Origin: a virus
Length of the DNA stretch: 64,000 nt
Reading direction: 5' to 3' (one strand)
IMG/VR virus record: IMGVR_UViG_3300045051_000172
Location: 1 to 64,000 of that record
The translations under genes were made by a program, and so were the position numbers. Of this stretch, positions 56,299-64,000 are shown piece after piece (positions within the stretch are counted from its first letter, which is position 1; every line of letters begins with the position of its first letter). The notes beneath the pieces were generated by a model. The model had not been told where the DNA came from. It saw nothing but the letters and a program-made list of their open reading frames with translations, and did no database searches.

Positions 56299-56558
56299 TT
56301 ATCACCCCAATCGGCCCAATAGGACATCCAGTTCTCCTTCACAAACGGCTTATGTCCTCCTGAGTGAATGATGCAATCGCATTTTCTTTCCTTGGCTTCC
56401 TCGTCCGTCGCGATATCCGTGATGTCGTAATTCGCGAACTCGGATTGACCTGTTTTCATTTGACCGTACATTTTCTTGTGTCGCTCTATTTGAGCCAAGC
56501 GTTTCTTCCTCGTCATGGGAGCAACATTAGGCAGAGCCTTAGCTGATAAAACTTTCAT
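56295..56558 (-). CDS. hypothetical protein
   Basis: 87 aa, ATGA-coupled. Confidence 0.6.
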   Translation of the reverse strand: MKVLSAKALPNVAPMTRKKRLAQIERHKKMYGQMKTGQSEFANYDITDIATDEEAKERKCDCIIHSGGHKPFVKENWMSYWADWGDK

Positions 56559-56965
56559 TCAAATCGTAGTCCTAACTTTCTCAAAATAATGTGCGAATTC
56601 GTGAGAATCAAATTCATCACGTCTTCCTCTAAGTTAGGAGAAATCTTACGATTTTTCGAAATCACTTCTTTTGCCGTGTCCCGAATGGCCTCTAAAATCT
56701 CAACATCACTGAGAATCTTTTTGAGAGGTTCTGCCGGTTTAAGTTCGTAATCAGTCGCCTCGATATATTCGACGGACATAGATTCAATCTGACGATTATC
56801 CCCGTAGGCGATCCAGCGCATCCCATCTTTTTCTATTACTCGAAAGTAAGAGTCGTCACCGGGGCGCTTGAAAGGGACTCCAGTTTTGAGGGCTTCAAGA
56901 AAGGTAAGTCCAGGGCCCGGGCCCTCAGTTATTCCATATTGTGTAAGTTGTCGTCGCATGTGCAT
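56555..56965 (-). CDS. hypothetical protein
   Basis: 136 aa, AAGGAGG RBS; LTFLEALKTG..FKR motif. Confidence 0.7.
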   Translation of the reverse strand: MHMRRQLTQYGITEGPGPGLTFLEALKTGVPFKRPGDDSYFRVIEKDGMRWIAYGDNRQIESMSVEYIEATDYELKPAEPLKKILSDVEILEAIRDTAKEVISKNRKISPNLEEDVMNLILTNSHIILRKLGLRFE

Positions 56966-57009
56966 CCTCCTTTATCAATCTTGACTCAACTGATCTAGGA
57001 AGTAAAGAG

Positions 57010-57200
57010 GGGGTGTCGGAGAGAACTATGCATCTTTTATAGGGGGAGGGGAAAGCTGCGAAAGAATTTCCTCTCCGACTGTTTTCAGAATATCAAAACT
57101 TTGACATAAATGCAATGCGCAAAATAAGGAGAATTCTGCGCAAAATTTGACACAAAATGCGGAAGTTTATGTCATTTACTTCCGAGCAACGGGAAGTTCT
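57010..57200. repeat. inverted-repeat-rich non-coding region
   Basis: GTCGGAGAG/CTCTCCGAC, TGACATAAA/TTTATGTCA, GGAAGT/ACTTCC, two GCGCAAAAT. Confidence 0.5.
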
Positions 57201-57267
57201 TAAAGTTAACCTTTTGAATAGATTAGGAAATTTGAAAGCCATAGTTATATAATTTACTACACGCAAG

Positions 57268-57293
57268 ATACCCGCCAAATACCCATAATCATT
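57268..57293. promoter_or_regulatory. conserved 26-bp element, copy 2
   Basis: ATACCCGCCAAATACCCATAATCATT; 22/26 identical to 161-186. Confidence 0.55.
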
Positions 57294-57357
57294 GGGGCTT
57301 TAAGGTATCTCACTCTCTAGCCTTGACCGGGCCTGGTCCCCGTGAGAAAATGAGGGT

Positions 57358-57666
57358 ATGGAACTCGTAATGGAAATCATAGGCTGGATCGGATCGATGG
57401 CCTTCGCAGTGTGCGCCGTTCCTCAGGCTTACGATTCTTGGAAGAAAGGTCACTCGCGAGGAATTACTTGGGGCTTCTATCTTCTTTGGGTCATCGGCGA
57501 AATCTTCACGCTTCTCTATATCATCCCGACTGGCAAAGTTCCCCTCCTCGTAAATTATCTCGTCAATTTGGTTTTCCTCACAATCATCGGATATTACAAA
57601 GCCTACCCACGAAAAAGAACCCGGAAGAGTCACTCTCGCAGATCTCATTTAACTGTGGTGAAATAG
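57358..57666 (+). CDS. PQ-loop (semiSWEET-like) membrane transporter
   Basis: IIGWIG..AFA...VPQ....WK.G.S.GIT; three TM helices; PLLVNY. Confidence 0.85.
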   Translation: MELVMEIIGWIGSMAFAVCAVPQAYDSWKKGHSRGITWGFYLLWVIGEIFTLLYIIPTGKVPLLVNYLVNLVFLTIIGYYKAYPRKRTRKSHSRRSHLTVVK

Positions 57667-57667
57667 G

Positions 57668-57741
57668 GCCCTACTGAAAGAGTTGCACTTTCGCCTTCGG
57701 AATCCCATAGTATCCGACGTGCCGCTTCACACCGAGTAGGG
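57668..57741 (-). tRNA. atypical tRNA-like RNA with 11-nt anticodon loop
   Basis: minus strand: CCCTACT/AGTAGGG; D-arm GTGT-GAAGCG-GCAC; TCGGA-TACTATGGGAT-TCCGA; 4-nt variable loop; GAAAG-TGCAACT-CTTTC. Confidence 0.65.
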
Positions 57742-57790
57742 ACTTCCATATTGACATGAAGAGGTCTCAGACGTTATTCTAAAGGCATCC

Positions 57791-58492
57791 ATGCGCATCA
57801 TAAGTAACTTCAAAGATTTCTATGACGGTATCAGTCATCAGTATTTAGATAAAGAAATCCTATACTTGCGCAGCAGTGTCGAAGAATCGCCGGAGCGCGC
57901 GAAGGTTCCCGAAGTGAGCAAGTTCGAAATCATCGACTCTCCGAATAATGTGACTTATTTCTTCAGCTTAGAGCTTCTCGGATTCTGCGGAAAGATCTAC
58001 CCCATGGCCGTTGTGCGCACGACAGGGATCGAATATAAGCCCACAGAGTTCAATCAATACTCCCAAGGATTCTTCAGCTACGACAAGCTCGTCGATTTCG
58101 TGAACCTCAAAAAGATTCCCATCAAAGAGGGTCGCCGATATCGCTGGTTCAACTTTTCCTACCAAGATAGTTTGGCGGATATCGCTCGCTTTTTCGAAAC
58201 TACTACTGATTACAATAAGTTAGATAAGGTCTTTCAAAGACTCAATACGCCGGTATTCGTCCTGCGCGAGACGGGCCGCCGCGAGCGAAAGCTGATTACG
58301 AATCCCATGCTTAAGAACTTCTCGTTCCAAAAGTTTAAGGACCCGTTCACGACGCACCAAGAACTTTTCATGTATGTGGGAGGAATCCTCCGACAGCCGG
58401 ATCGGGAAATGGTCAAGCTTACAGATAAACAAAAACTTGAAAAGAGAGGCTTCGACAAATGGAGCTTCAGAAAACCCCCGGAGGGAAAATGA
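57791..58492 (+). CDS. hypothetical phage protein
   Basis: 233 aa, MRIISNFKDFYD start; TTGACA-N18-TATTCT promoter upstream. Confidence 0.75.
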   Translation: MRIISNFKDFYDGISHQYLDKEILYLRSSVEESPERAKVPEVSKFEIIDSPNNVTYFFSLELLGFCGKIYPMAVVRTTGIEYKPTEFNQYSQGFFSYDKLVDFVNLKKIPIKEGRRYRWFNFSYQDSLADIARFFETTTDYNKLDKVFQRLNTPVFVLRETGRRERKLITNPMLKNFSFQKFKDPFTTHQELFMYVGGILRQPDREMVKLTDKQKLEKRGFDKWSFRKPPEGK

Positions 58493-58680
58493 ATCGACTC
58501 ATAATGCACCTGATCGGATTAGCCTTAATTCCTTTGATTTTAGCGATCTCAGTTCTGGCTGCGGGACTTGCTTTAGTCCTCGGAGTTTTTGTTAGTTTGG
58601 CCTTGCTAGTTGTGCCCGGACAAGTTAAATTCAATGGAGAGAAACTCAGCAGCATTCTACGAAAGGTAAAACGAGCATGA
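58489..58680 (+). CDS. small membrane protein
   Basis: long hydrophobic stretch; ATGA-coupled. Confidence 0.55.
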   Translation: MNRLIMHLIGLALIPLILAISVLAAGLALVLGVFVSLALLVVPGQVKFNGEKLSSILRKVKRA

Positions 58681-58967
58681 AAATCAGTCCTCAGCAATTT
58701 GTTCAAAATTTACGAAATGGTGGCCTAAATGCCCAGGCTTCTTTGACTTTAGCGGAAGCTTCTTTAAAGAGCGTTACCGGCGGAAAGCAAGGCTGGACCT
58801 ATGCTGATCTTCCGAACTACCTTCAACTTGCTCAGGATTCTCACTATTCAGACTCGATGCGAAAACAGCTTATTCAAATGGAACGTGATAAGCCAAAACA
58901 GCTTGCCAAACTTCAAGGTTTCTATTCTCAAGTTGTTGGCATTTTGAAGAAACAAGTCAAAGCATAA
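58677..58967 (+). CDS. hypothetical protein
   Basis: 96 aa, ATGA-coupled. Confidence 0.65.
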   Translation: MKISPQQFVQNLRNGGLNAQASLTLAEASLKSVTGGKQGWTYADLPNYLQLAQDSHYSDSMRKQLIQMERDKPKQLAKLQGFYSQVVGILKKQVKA

Positions 58968-59009
58968 TTTGACAATTTGCCCTGTTCCCGATACATTTTA
59001 GGGAGACTT

Positions 59010-60677
59010 ATGACTTTAAATCCAAAGAAAATTGCTCAAAAAAACGAGATGGCCGACAAAATGAAAGTTGGCATTTCCCTCGTTGCTTCCATCGTTAAAC
59101 GTACTTTAGGGCCCGGAGGTCTTCCGATCCTAATCGAACGAAATGGACAGAACTTAGAAGGTGATCCTCTTGAGCCCATGATTACGAAAGACGGAGTCAC
59201 CGTCGCAAACGAATGTGCCTCAGACGACCCCGAAGTTGATCTCACTATTCAAACCGTCAAAGCAATTTGTAAGAAAACAAATCGAATCGCTGGAGATGGA
59301 ACTACGACCGCGATTGTTTTAGGTGAGGCTTTATATCTTGAAACTCTCAAAGAGCTGGATGCTGATTCAAATTTGAATCCTCAGATTGTTCGAGAAGAAT
59401 TAGAATTGGCAATCAAAGACGTAGTGGCTGAACTTGAAAAAGTTGCAGTACCTGTAAAAGATTTCGCACGCATTGAACAAGTTGCAAACATTTCTGCAAA
59501 CGGTGAAAAAGAAATCGGCTCAGTAATTCGGGCCGCTTTCGAACACGTTGGAGCTGAAGGCGTCGTCACTATCGATGAAGGTTCCTCAATTGAAACCACG
59601 ATTGATCGAGTTGAAGGTTTTCAATTTGCTCGCGGAGCCGAATCTCAAGATCGTTTTTTCAATAACAAAGAGAGAACTAAGTTCGAAGCCAAAGATGCTT
59701 TGGTAATTATCTATGACGGCAAGATCGACCACAATGGAAAACTGGTCGCGGTCATGAATACGATTTCAAAAGAATTCGCAACTGCCGGAGGCGGCATCGG
59801 AGCCTTCCCGCCAATTTTAATCATTGCGAATGATTTCAGTTTAGATACTCTTCAACTCCTTCTAATCAATAAAGCCGAATCAGGATTAAATTTCTGTGCG
59901 GTTCGAAGTCCCAACACGACTACGATTCGTTCCTTGATGCTTGACGATCTGGCGGTATATCTCGGCGGAACCAAGCTGGGCAATGGAGGCAAAGACCTTC
60001 AATCAGCCGAATTTAAGATTTCCAAGGACCAAAACGGAAAGATGGTTTTTACGGGCGACATCGGATTTGTCTCTTCAGTTATTGTGGATCGCTACAATAC
60101 AACCCTATTCGGAGGCGGAGGAACTGAACAAGCCGTCACTGAAAGAGTAGACCAATTGAATGCCTCCAAAGAAGCCGCCTTCAGTGAATACGACCGCTCG
60201 ATGATTAATGATCGAGTTGCTTCCCTCACAGGTGGAATCGCCAAGATTGGCGTAGGTGGACGGACAGAGTTAGAAATCAAAGAAAAATATCATCGCATTG
60301 AAGATGCCTTGAATGCTTCCCGAGCCGCCATTGAAGCCGGAGTTATCCCAGGAGGAGGCGCGGCCCTTTTCCGAATTGCCGATCAATTGAGTAAGTCCGA
60401 CACTGTTGGCCATAGAATTCTTTCGAAGGCTCTCAAGTCTCCCATATTCCAAATCTTGGATAATATCGGGATCGCTCATGAGAGTCTAAATTTAGATCAG
60501 CTTAAATCTGATCCTACTTTAATTTTCGATGCCCGCAACAAAAAGTTTGTTGATGCATTTGAGGCCGGAATTATCGATCCCTTAAAAGTAACCGTAACTG
60601 CACTTGAGAATGCCGCATCCATTGCCGGACTTCTTTCGACTTGCGGCGGCGGGATTACTTATCTGAGAAAGGTTTAA
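59010..60677 (+). CDS. groEL: GroEL-like phage chaperonin
   Basis: TLGPGG, ITKDGVTVA, GDGTTT, GVIPGGG, GIIDP.KV; GGGAG RBS before ATG 59010. Confidence 0.92.
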   Translation: MTLNPKKIAQKNEMADKMKVGISLVASIVKRTLGPGGLPILIERNGQNLEGDPLEPMITKDGVTVANECASDDPEVDLTIQTVKAICKKTNRIAGDGTTTAIVLGEALYLETLKELDADSNLNPQIVREELELAIKDVVAELEKVAVPVKDFARIEQVANISANGEKEIGSVIRAAFEHVGAEGVVTIDEGSSIETTIDRVEGFQFARGAESQDRFFNNKERTKFEAKDALVIIYDGKIDHNGKLVAVMNTISKEFATAGGGIGAFPPILIIANDFSLDTLQLLLINKAESGLNFCAVRSPNTTTIRSLMLDDLAVYLGGTKLGNGGKDLQSAEFKISKDQNGKMVFTGDIGFVSSVIVDRYNTTLFGGGGTEQAVTERVDQLNASKEAAFSEYDRSMINDRVASLTGGIAKIGVGGRTELEIKEKYHRIEDALNASRAAIEAGVIPGGGAALFRIADQLSKSDTVGHRILSKALKSPIFQILDNIGIAHESLNLDQLKSDPTLIFDARNKKFVDAFEAGIIDPLKVTVTALENAASIAGLLSTCGGGITYLRKV

Positions 60678-60679
60678 TC

Positions 60680-61258
60680 ATGGAAGAGTTGATGAAATAT
60701 TTTACTCTGCCTCTGGACAAAGAAGACGGCACTATTACCTACCTCGTCAACAAGATTGAGACTTACGAGAACGGTGAATTGCGTATTCTTCTTTTGCATC
60801 CCTTGGCCAAGAAGATTTTAATTCCTGTCATTGCAGCCTCTGAGAACGACATGCTTTTGACGCAGACTCAGACTCAAGGTAAGAGCAACCTCCAGAAATG
60901 GATTGAATACGTCATCAAGAATGGCAACATCCTCTCTTTCTCGTCTCGCGAAGACGCGGAGTCCCTCGCAATGATCTTTGTGGTTAATCGTCGTCTCACT
61001 CGTCGACAAAAGTCCAAACTCTCTTCTTTGACTGGAGAGATCTCCATAAACTATTTCAATGGTGATTTGAATATAGCGATTCGAACCATCAATGAAAATG
61101 AAGTCCTCCTGGATGAATGGAATCGATCCTGGTTCGAGAAATTCTTAGATAAGACCAAGCAAAAGAATAAGTACGGTCGCCCTAAGCCCTTATCCCCACA
61201 AGAACGAGAAGGTCTCTTCCGCATAGCCGGATTTGTTCTTTCTCAATTGGAGGTGTAA
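60680..61258 (+). CDS. hypothetical protein
   Basis: 192 aa ORF after groEL. Confidence 0.7.
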   Translation: MEELMKYFTLPLDKEDGTITYLVNKIETYENGELRILLLHPLAKKILIPVIAASENDMLLTQTQTQGKSNLQKWIEYVIKNGNILSFSSREDAESLAMIFVVNRRLTRRQKSKLSSLTGEISINYFNGDLNIAIRTINENEVLLDEWNRSWFEKFLDKTKQKNKYGRPKPLSPQEREGLFRIAGFVLSQLEV

Positions 61259-61259
61259 T

Positions 61260-61790
61260 TTGAGTCTATCCGGAACCAACACTGGAGAAGCAGTTACTCT
61301 GCAGATGCCAGGATATCCCGTAGTGCAAATCAAGAAGCTCTCTGAGAATGCAATATTGCCGGAAAAAAAGTCAGTCGGGGCCGCAGCCTTCGATATGTAC
61401 GCAACAGAAGTCGTAATGGACCGATTTCAAGATTGTCAAATTGTTTATAAGACTGGAATTGCAATGTCGATTCCTGAAGGTCATGTCGGATTGATTTATC
61501 CTCGTTCGAGCATTCGAGATACTTTTCTATCCTTGACTAATGCAGTTGGAGTAATTGACTCTGACTATCGCGGTGAAATTACTTTCACTTTCAACTATCG
61601 AGGACCCTTGACAAAAATGGTCAGCGGAAAATTAGGAATTCCGATTGATTCCAAAGACAAAATTTATAAGTCAGGAGATCGCATAGGTCAAATAATTGTC
61701 ATGCCGATCCCTTTGGTGTATTATAAAGAAGTGCAGGAACTCAGCCCTACCCTCAGAGGTAGCCAAGGACTTGGATCAACCGGGAGATAA
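61260..61790 (+). CDS. dut: trimeric dUTPase
   Basis: AAAFD, PRSS, GVIDSDYRGEI, GDRIGQ, RGSQGLGSTG. Confidence 0.95.
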   Translation: MSLSGTNTGEAVTLQMPGYPVVQIKKLSENAILPEKKSVGAAAFDMYATEVVMDRFQDCQIVYKTGIAMSIPEGHVGLIYPRSSIRDTFLSLTNAVGVIDSDYRGEITFTFNYRGPLTKMVSGKLGIPIDSKDKIYKSGDRIGQIIVMPIPLVYYKEVQELSPTLRGSQGLGSTGR

Positions 61791-61794
61791 CTGA

Positions 61795-63462
61795 ATGAGT
61801 AAACGCAAATTACCAAAAAAACCTTCCATTAAAAAAGTAGAAAAAGAAAAAGCTAAGGCGAAAAAGAAAGTTCTCAAGACGTACACCTCGTTCGTAAAGA
61901 AACAAGGGCGTCACCCGACAACTTCCGAAATGCTTCAACTCGGGGTCACCCGAAATACCATTCGTCATCACTATGGATCTATTAGTGTTTTGAAAGAATT
62001 GGCTCGTGAAGAATTTCCGAAAGTGTTCAGAGACATTATCGATGGAGACTATTTCACCGAACAGCGTTATGAAAAACTTCAGAACGATGTAAAGAATTAT
62101 TCTCGTTTCGTAATCACTACCGCAGTAGTGGGTTCTCCTGTTCATAAAAAGTTCTTAGCTGCGATTGAAAATTATTGCAGTAGAAATCGGGCGCTCCTTT
62201 TGGTTCTCCCGTCTGCAGACCCTGCCAAATCTTCTGATTGGGTTTTAGATCGTGTTCTAGCCCAGAAACAAATTCACTTGGTATTTAAGAACTTGAGCTT
62301 GAATTCTAATTTCTTTGTAAGTTCCATTAAAACCAGTGCAAAGCAGCTAAAGCCCATGACTGGCTTGGAGCGCATTGGAAACCGAAATGGATCTTTCGTA
62401 TTCGCCTCACCGAAACAAGATCTTGATTTCGTTGCAACTTCCAACACTAAGTTTCCCCACGCTCTCATGACGACGGGCGCAATCACTCTTCCAGATTATG
62501 AAACCGATGAATATATGTCGGAGCGCACCGCGTATCTTGCAAAAGAAGATCACGTTATGGGCGCGCTCATTGTCGAAATCGAAGATGACAAGATTTATCA
62601 CTTCCGTCAAATCCAGGCAGAGTCAACCTCAGGTAACTTTGTGGATTTAGGAGATTATTACAAATCTACCGGCGAAGTGGAACAGATGGATGCCGAAGCT
62701 CTTGTAATGGGGGATTACCACGCTGGAGAAACTGATCCTACCGCAAAACAAGCTTGGAAAGAAGTTGTTCAGGCTGTTCGAGCAAAAGACTTAGTTCTTC
62801 ATGACATGTTCAACGGAAAATCGATTTCCCATCATGATAAGAAACGAAAAGTCAAAATGGCTATCAAGTTTAAAGAAAATCACTTGTCTCTGCAGGATGA
62901 AGCTAAGATCACTGCGGATGAAGCAAATGACCTGGCTTCTTGGATTAAATCCCGAGATGGAAAATTGTTCTGGGTTAAGTCGAATCATGATGACTTCCTA
63001 GCTCGTCTCCTTGAAGACGGAGGTTGGATTGACGATCCGATCAATATGGTTCTTTGTTCGTCTTTAATTGAACCCATGTCTGAAGGTAAAGATCCTTTGA
63101 CGGTTTTAATGGAGAAGCAAAAGAATTTGAAGGCAGATACCAAAAGTCGAATTGTTTGGTTGAAAAGAACTCAAGATTATAAGATTGCTGGGCATCAAAT
63201 CGCTGCTCACGGGGATTTAGGTTCGCACGGTTATAGAAACCCTACTCTTGAGAACTTAGAGAATTCTTATGGAAGCTCGGTTTCCGGCCACTCCCATACT
63301 CCTGCGATTCGCAGAAATGCTTGGAGAGTCGGAACCTCAAGTATGCTCAAGCTGGACTACAATGAAGGTCCTTCTGCTTGGTTGCACACTTCCTGTATCA
63401 TCTATCCTAACGGCGCTCGACAGCTTGTTAACGCCTTCCAAGGAAAGTGGAGAAAAAAATAG
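61795..63462 (+). CDS. calcineurin-like phosphoesterase with N-terminal HTH-like domain
   Basis: GDYH, HDMFNG, SNHD, HGD, GHSH; N-terminal GRHPTTSEMLQLGVTRNTIRHHYGSI. Confidence 0.7.
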   Translation: MSKRKLPKKPSIKKVEKEKAKAKKKVLKTYTSFVKKQGRHPTTSEMLQLGVTRNTIRHHYGSISVLKELAREEFPKVFRDIIDGDYFTEQRYEKLQNDVKNYSRFVITTAVVGSPVHKKFLAAIENYCSRNRALLLVLPSADPAKSSDWVLDRVLAQKQIHLVFKNLSLNSNFFVSSIKTSAKQLKPMTGLERIGNRNGSFVFASPKQDLDFVATSNTKFPHALMTTGAITLPDYETDEYMSERTAYLAKEDHVMGALIVEIEDDKIYHFRQIQAESTSGNFVDLGDYYKSTGEVEQMDAEALVMGDYHAGETDPTAKQAWKEVVQAVRAKDLVLHDMFNGKSISHHDKKRKVKMAIKFKENHLSLQDEAKITADEANDLASWIKSRDGKLFWVKSNHDDFLARLLEDGGWIDDPINMVLCSSLIEPMSEGKDPLTVLMEKQKNLKADTKSRIVWLKRTQDYKIAGHQIAAHGDLGSHGYRNPTLENLENSYGSSVSGHSHTPAIRRNAWRVGTSSMLKLDYNEGPSAWLHTSCIIYPNGARQLVNAFQGKWRKK

Positions 63463-63469
63463 TTTCCAC

Positions 63470-63498
63470 TTGACGTTTGTTTTCTTCGACTGTAAAGT
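63470..63498 (+). promoter_or_regulatory. sigma70-type promoter
   Basis: TTGACG-N17-TAAAGT with extended TG. Confidence 0.65.
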
Positions 63499-63520
63499 TG
63501 AACCATAGGAGAACATTCAC

Positions 63521-64000
63521 ATGCAAGTAGAATACAAATTAAAATTGGGTCAAGAAGAATTCACTCTTAAGACGGAAGTCCAAAACGAGATCGAATTTTT
63601 CCAAAAGATGGCTTTCTATTCAGGTCTTCCAAAGACTGGTCCGAATGGAGAGAATGACCTTAAGCTCGTTCACAGAACTACCAAGAAAGGCGATTACTAC
63701 TCAATCGTTTCAGTTTCGGCTGGACAAGAGTATCGTCTCGGAATTTTAAAAGAAGGCGGCCTCTTTCCTAAAGGTTGGGCTCCCATCTACGGCACAAGCG
63801 AAGACGCAGAAGAAACTGCTACGTCTACGGCTCAAGCCACAGTAGCCTCGGTTGAAACTCAAATTGCCGCCGCTACCGCAGCTCCAAAGGCTGCAGCCGC
63901 AACTGCGACTGCCGCTCCGAAAGCAGCAGCTCCCGCAGCCGCTGCACCTAAGGCCGCACCAGCCCAGCGTTCAACGGCAGACATCATTAATCAGTATGCC
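63521..64000 (+). CDS. hypothetical protein with Ala/Pro/Lys-rich linker, partial
   Basis: AGGAG RBS, ATG 63521; MQVEYKLKLG...AAPKAAA repeats; open to the window end. Confidence 0.75.
   Translation, partial: MQVEYKLKLGQEEFTLKTEVQNEIEFFQKMAFYSGLPKTGPNGENDLKLVHRTTKKGDYYSIVSVSAGQEYRLGILKEGGLFPKGWAPIYGTSEDAEETATSTAQATVASVETQIAAATAAPKAAAATATAAPKAAAPAAAAPKAAPAQRSTADIINQYA

Noticed and set aside
1-64000. CRISPR array or rRNA
   Set aside because: No run of equal-length direct repeats with unique spacers and no rRNA-like segment seen; repeats found are protein-coding or short motifs
1-64000. Stop-codon reassignment, as in some large phages
   Set aside because: Recognisable genes are full length in the standard code, and TAA, TAG and TGA all terminate genes

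Overview
This window is a 64-kb segment of a large, probably jumbo-scale, contractile-tailed dsDNA phage read in the standard genetic code. No capsid, portal, terminase or polymerase gene is present. Layout: (1) 1-14 kb holds short hypothetical genes, RNA and DNA ligases, a NUMOD4-HNH nuclease, peptide deformylase, a ferritin-like hydroxylase, a fibre-like lipoprotein and a lipoprotein c-type cytochrome. (2) 14-50 kb is a tail module (terminator-like, sheath, tube, two chaperones, tape measure, hub, spike, baseplate, a modular multi-fibre set) plus a GH24 endolysin; a 3.7-kb opposite-strand accessory cassette interrupts it. (3) 50-64 kb holds an HNH-like protein, HAD, CYTH, SF2 helicase, PQ-loop transporter, GroEL-like chaperonin, dUTPase and a phosphoesterase. 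The most unusual signal is non-coding: a promoter-linked, densely base-paired ~460-nt RNA candidate (55720-56185) and three non-canonical tRNA-like RNAs (2328-2495, 49824-49895, 57668-57741). Two of these share a near-identical D-arm, and all carry G instead of T at the second T-loop position. A 26-bp element (22/26 identical) marks two divergent-transcription points 57 kb apart. All calls come from reading motifs and base pairing by eye; no database search or folding computation was run, and the host guess (Bdellovibrionota-like) is inference only.
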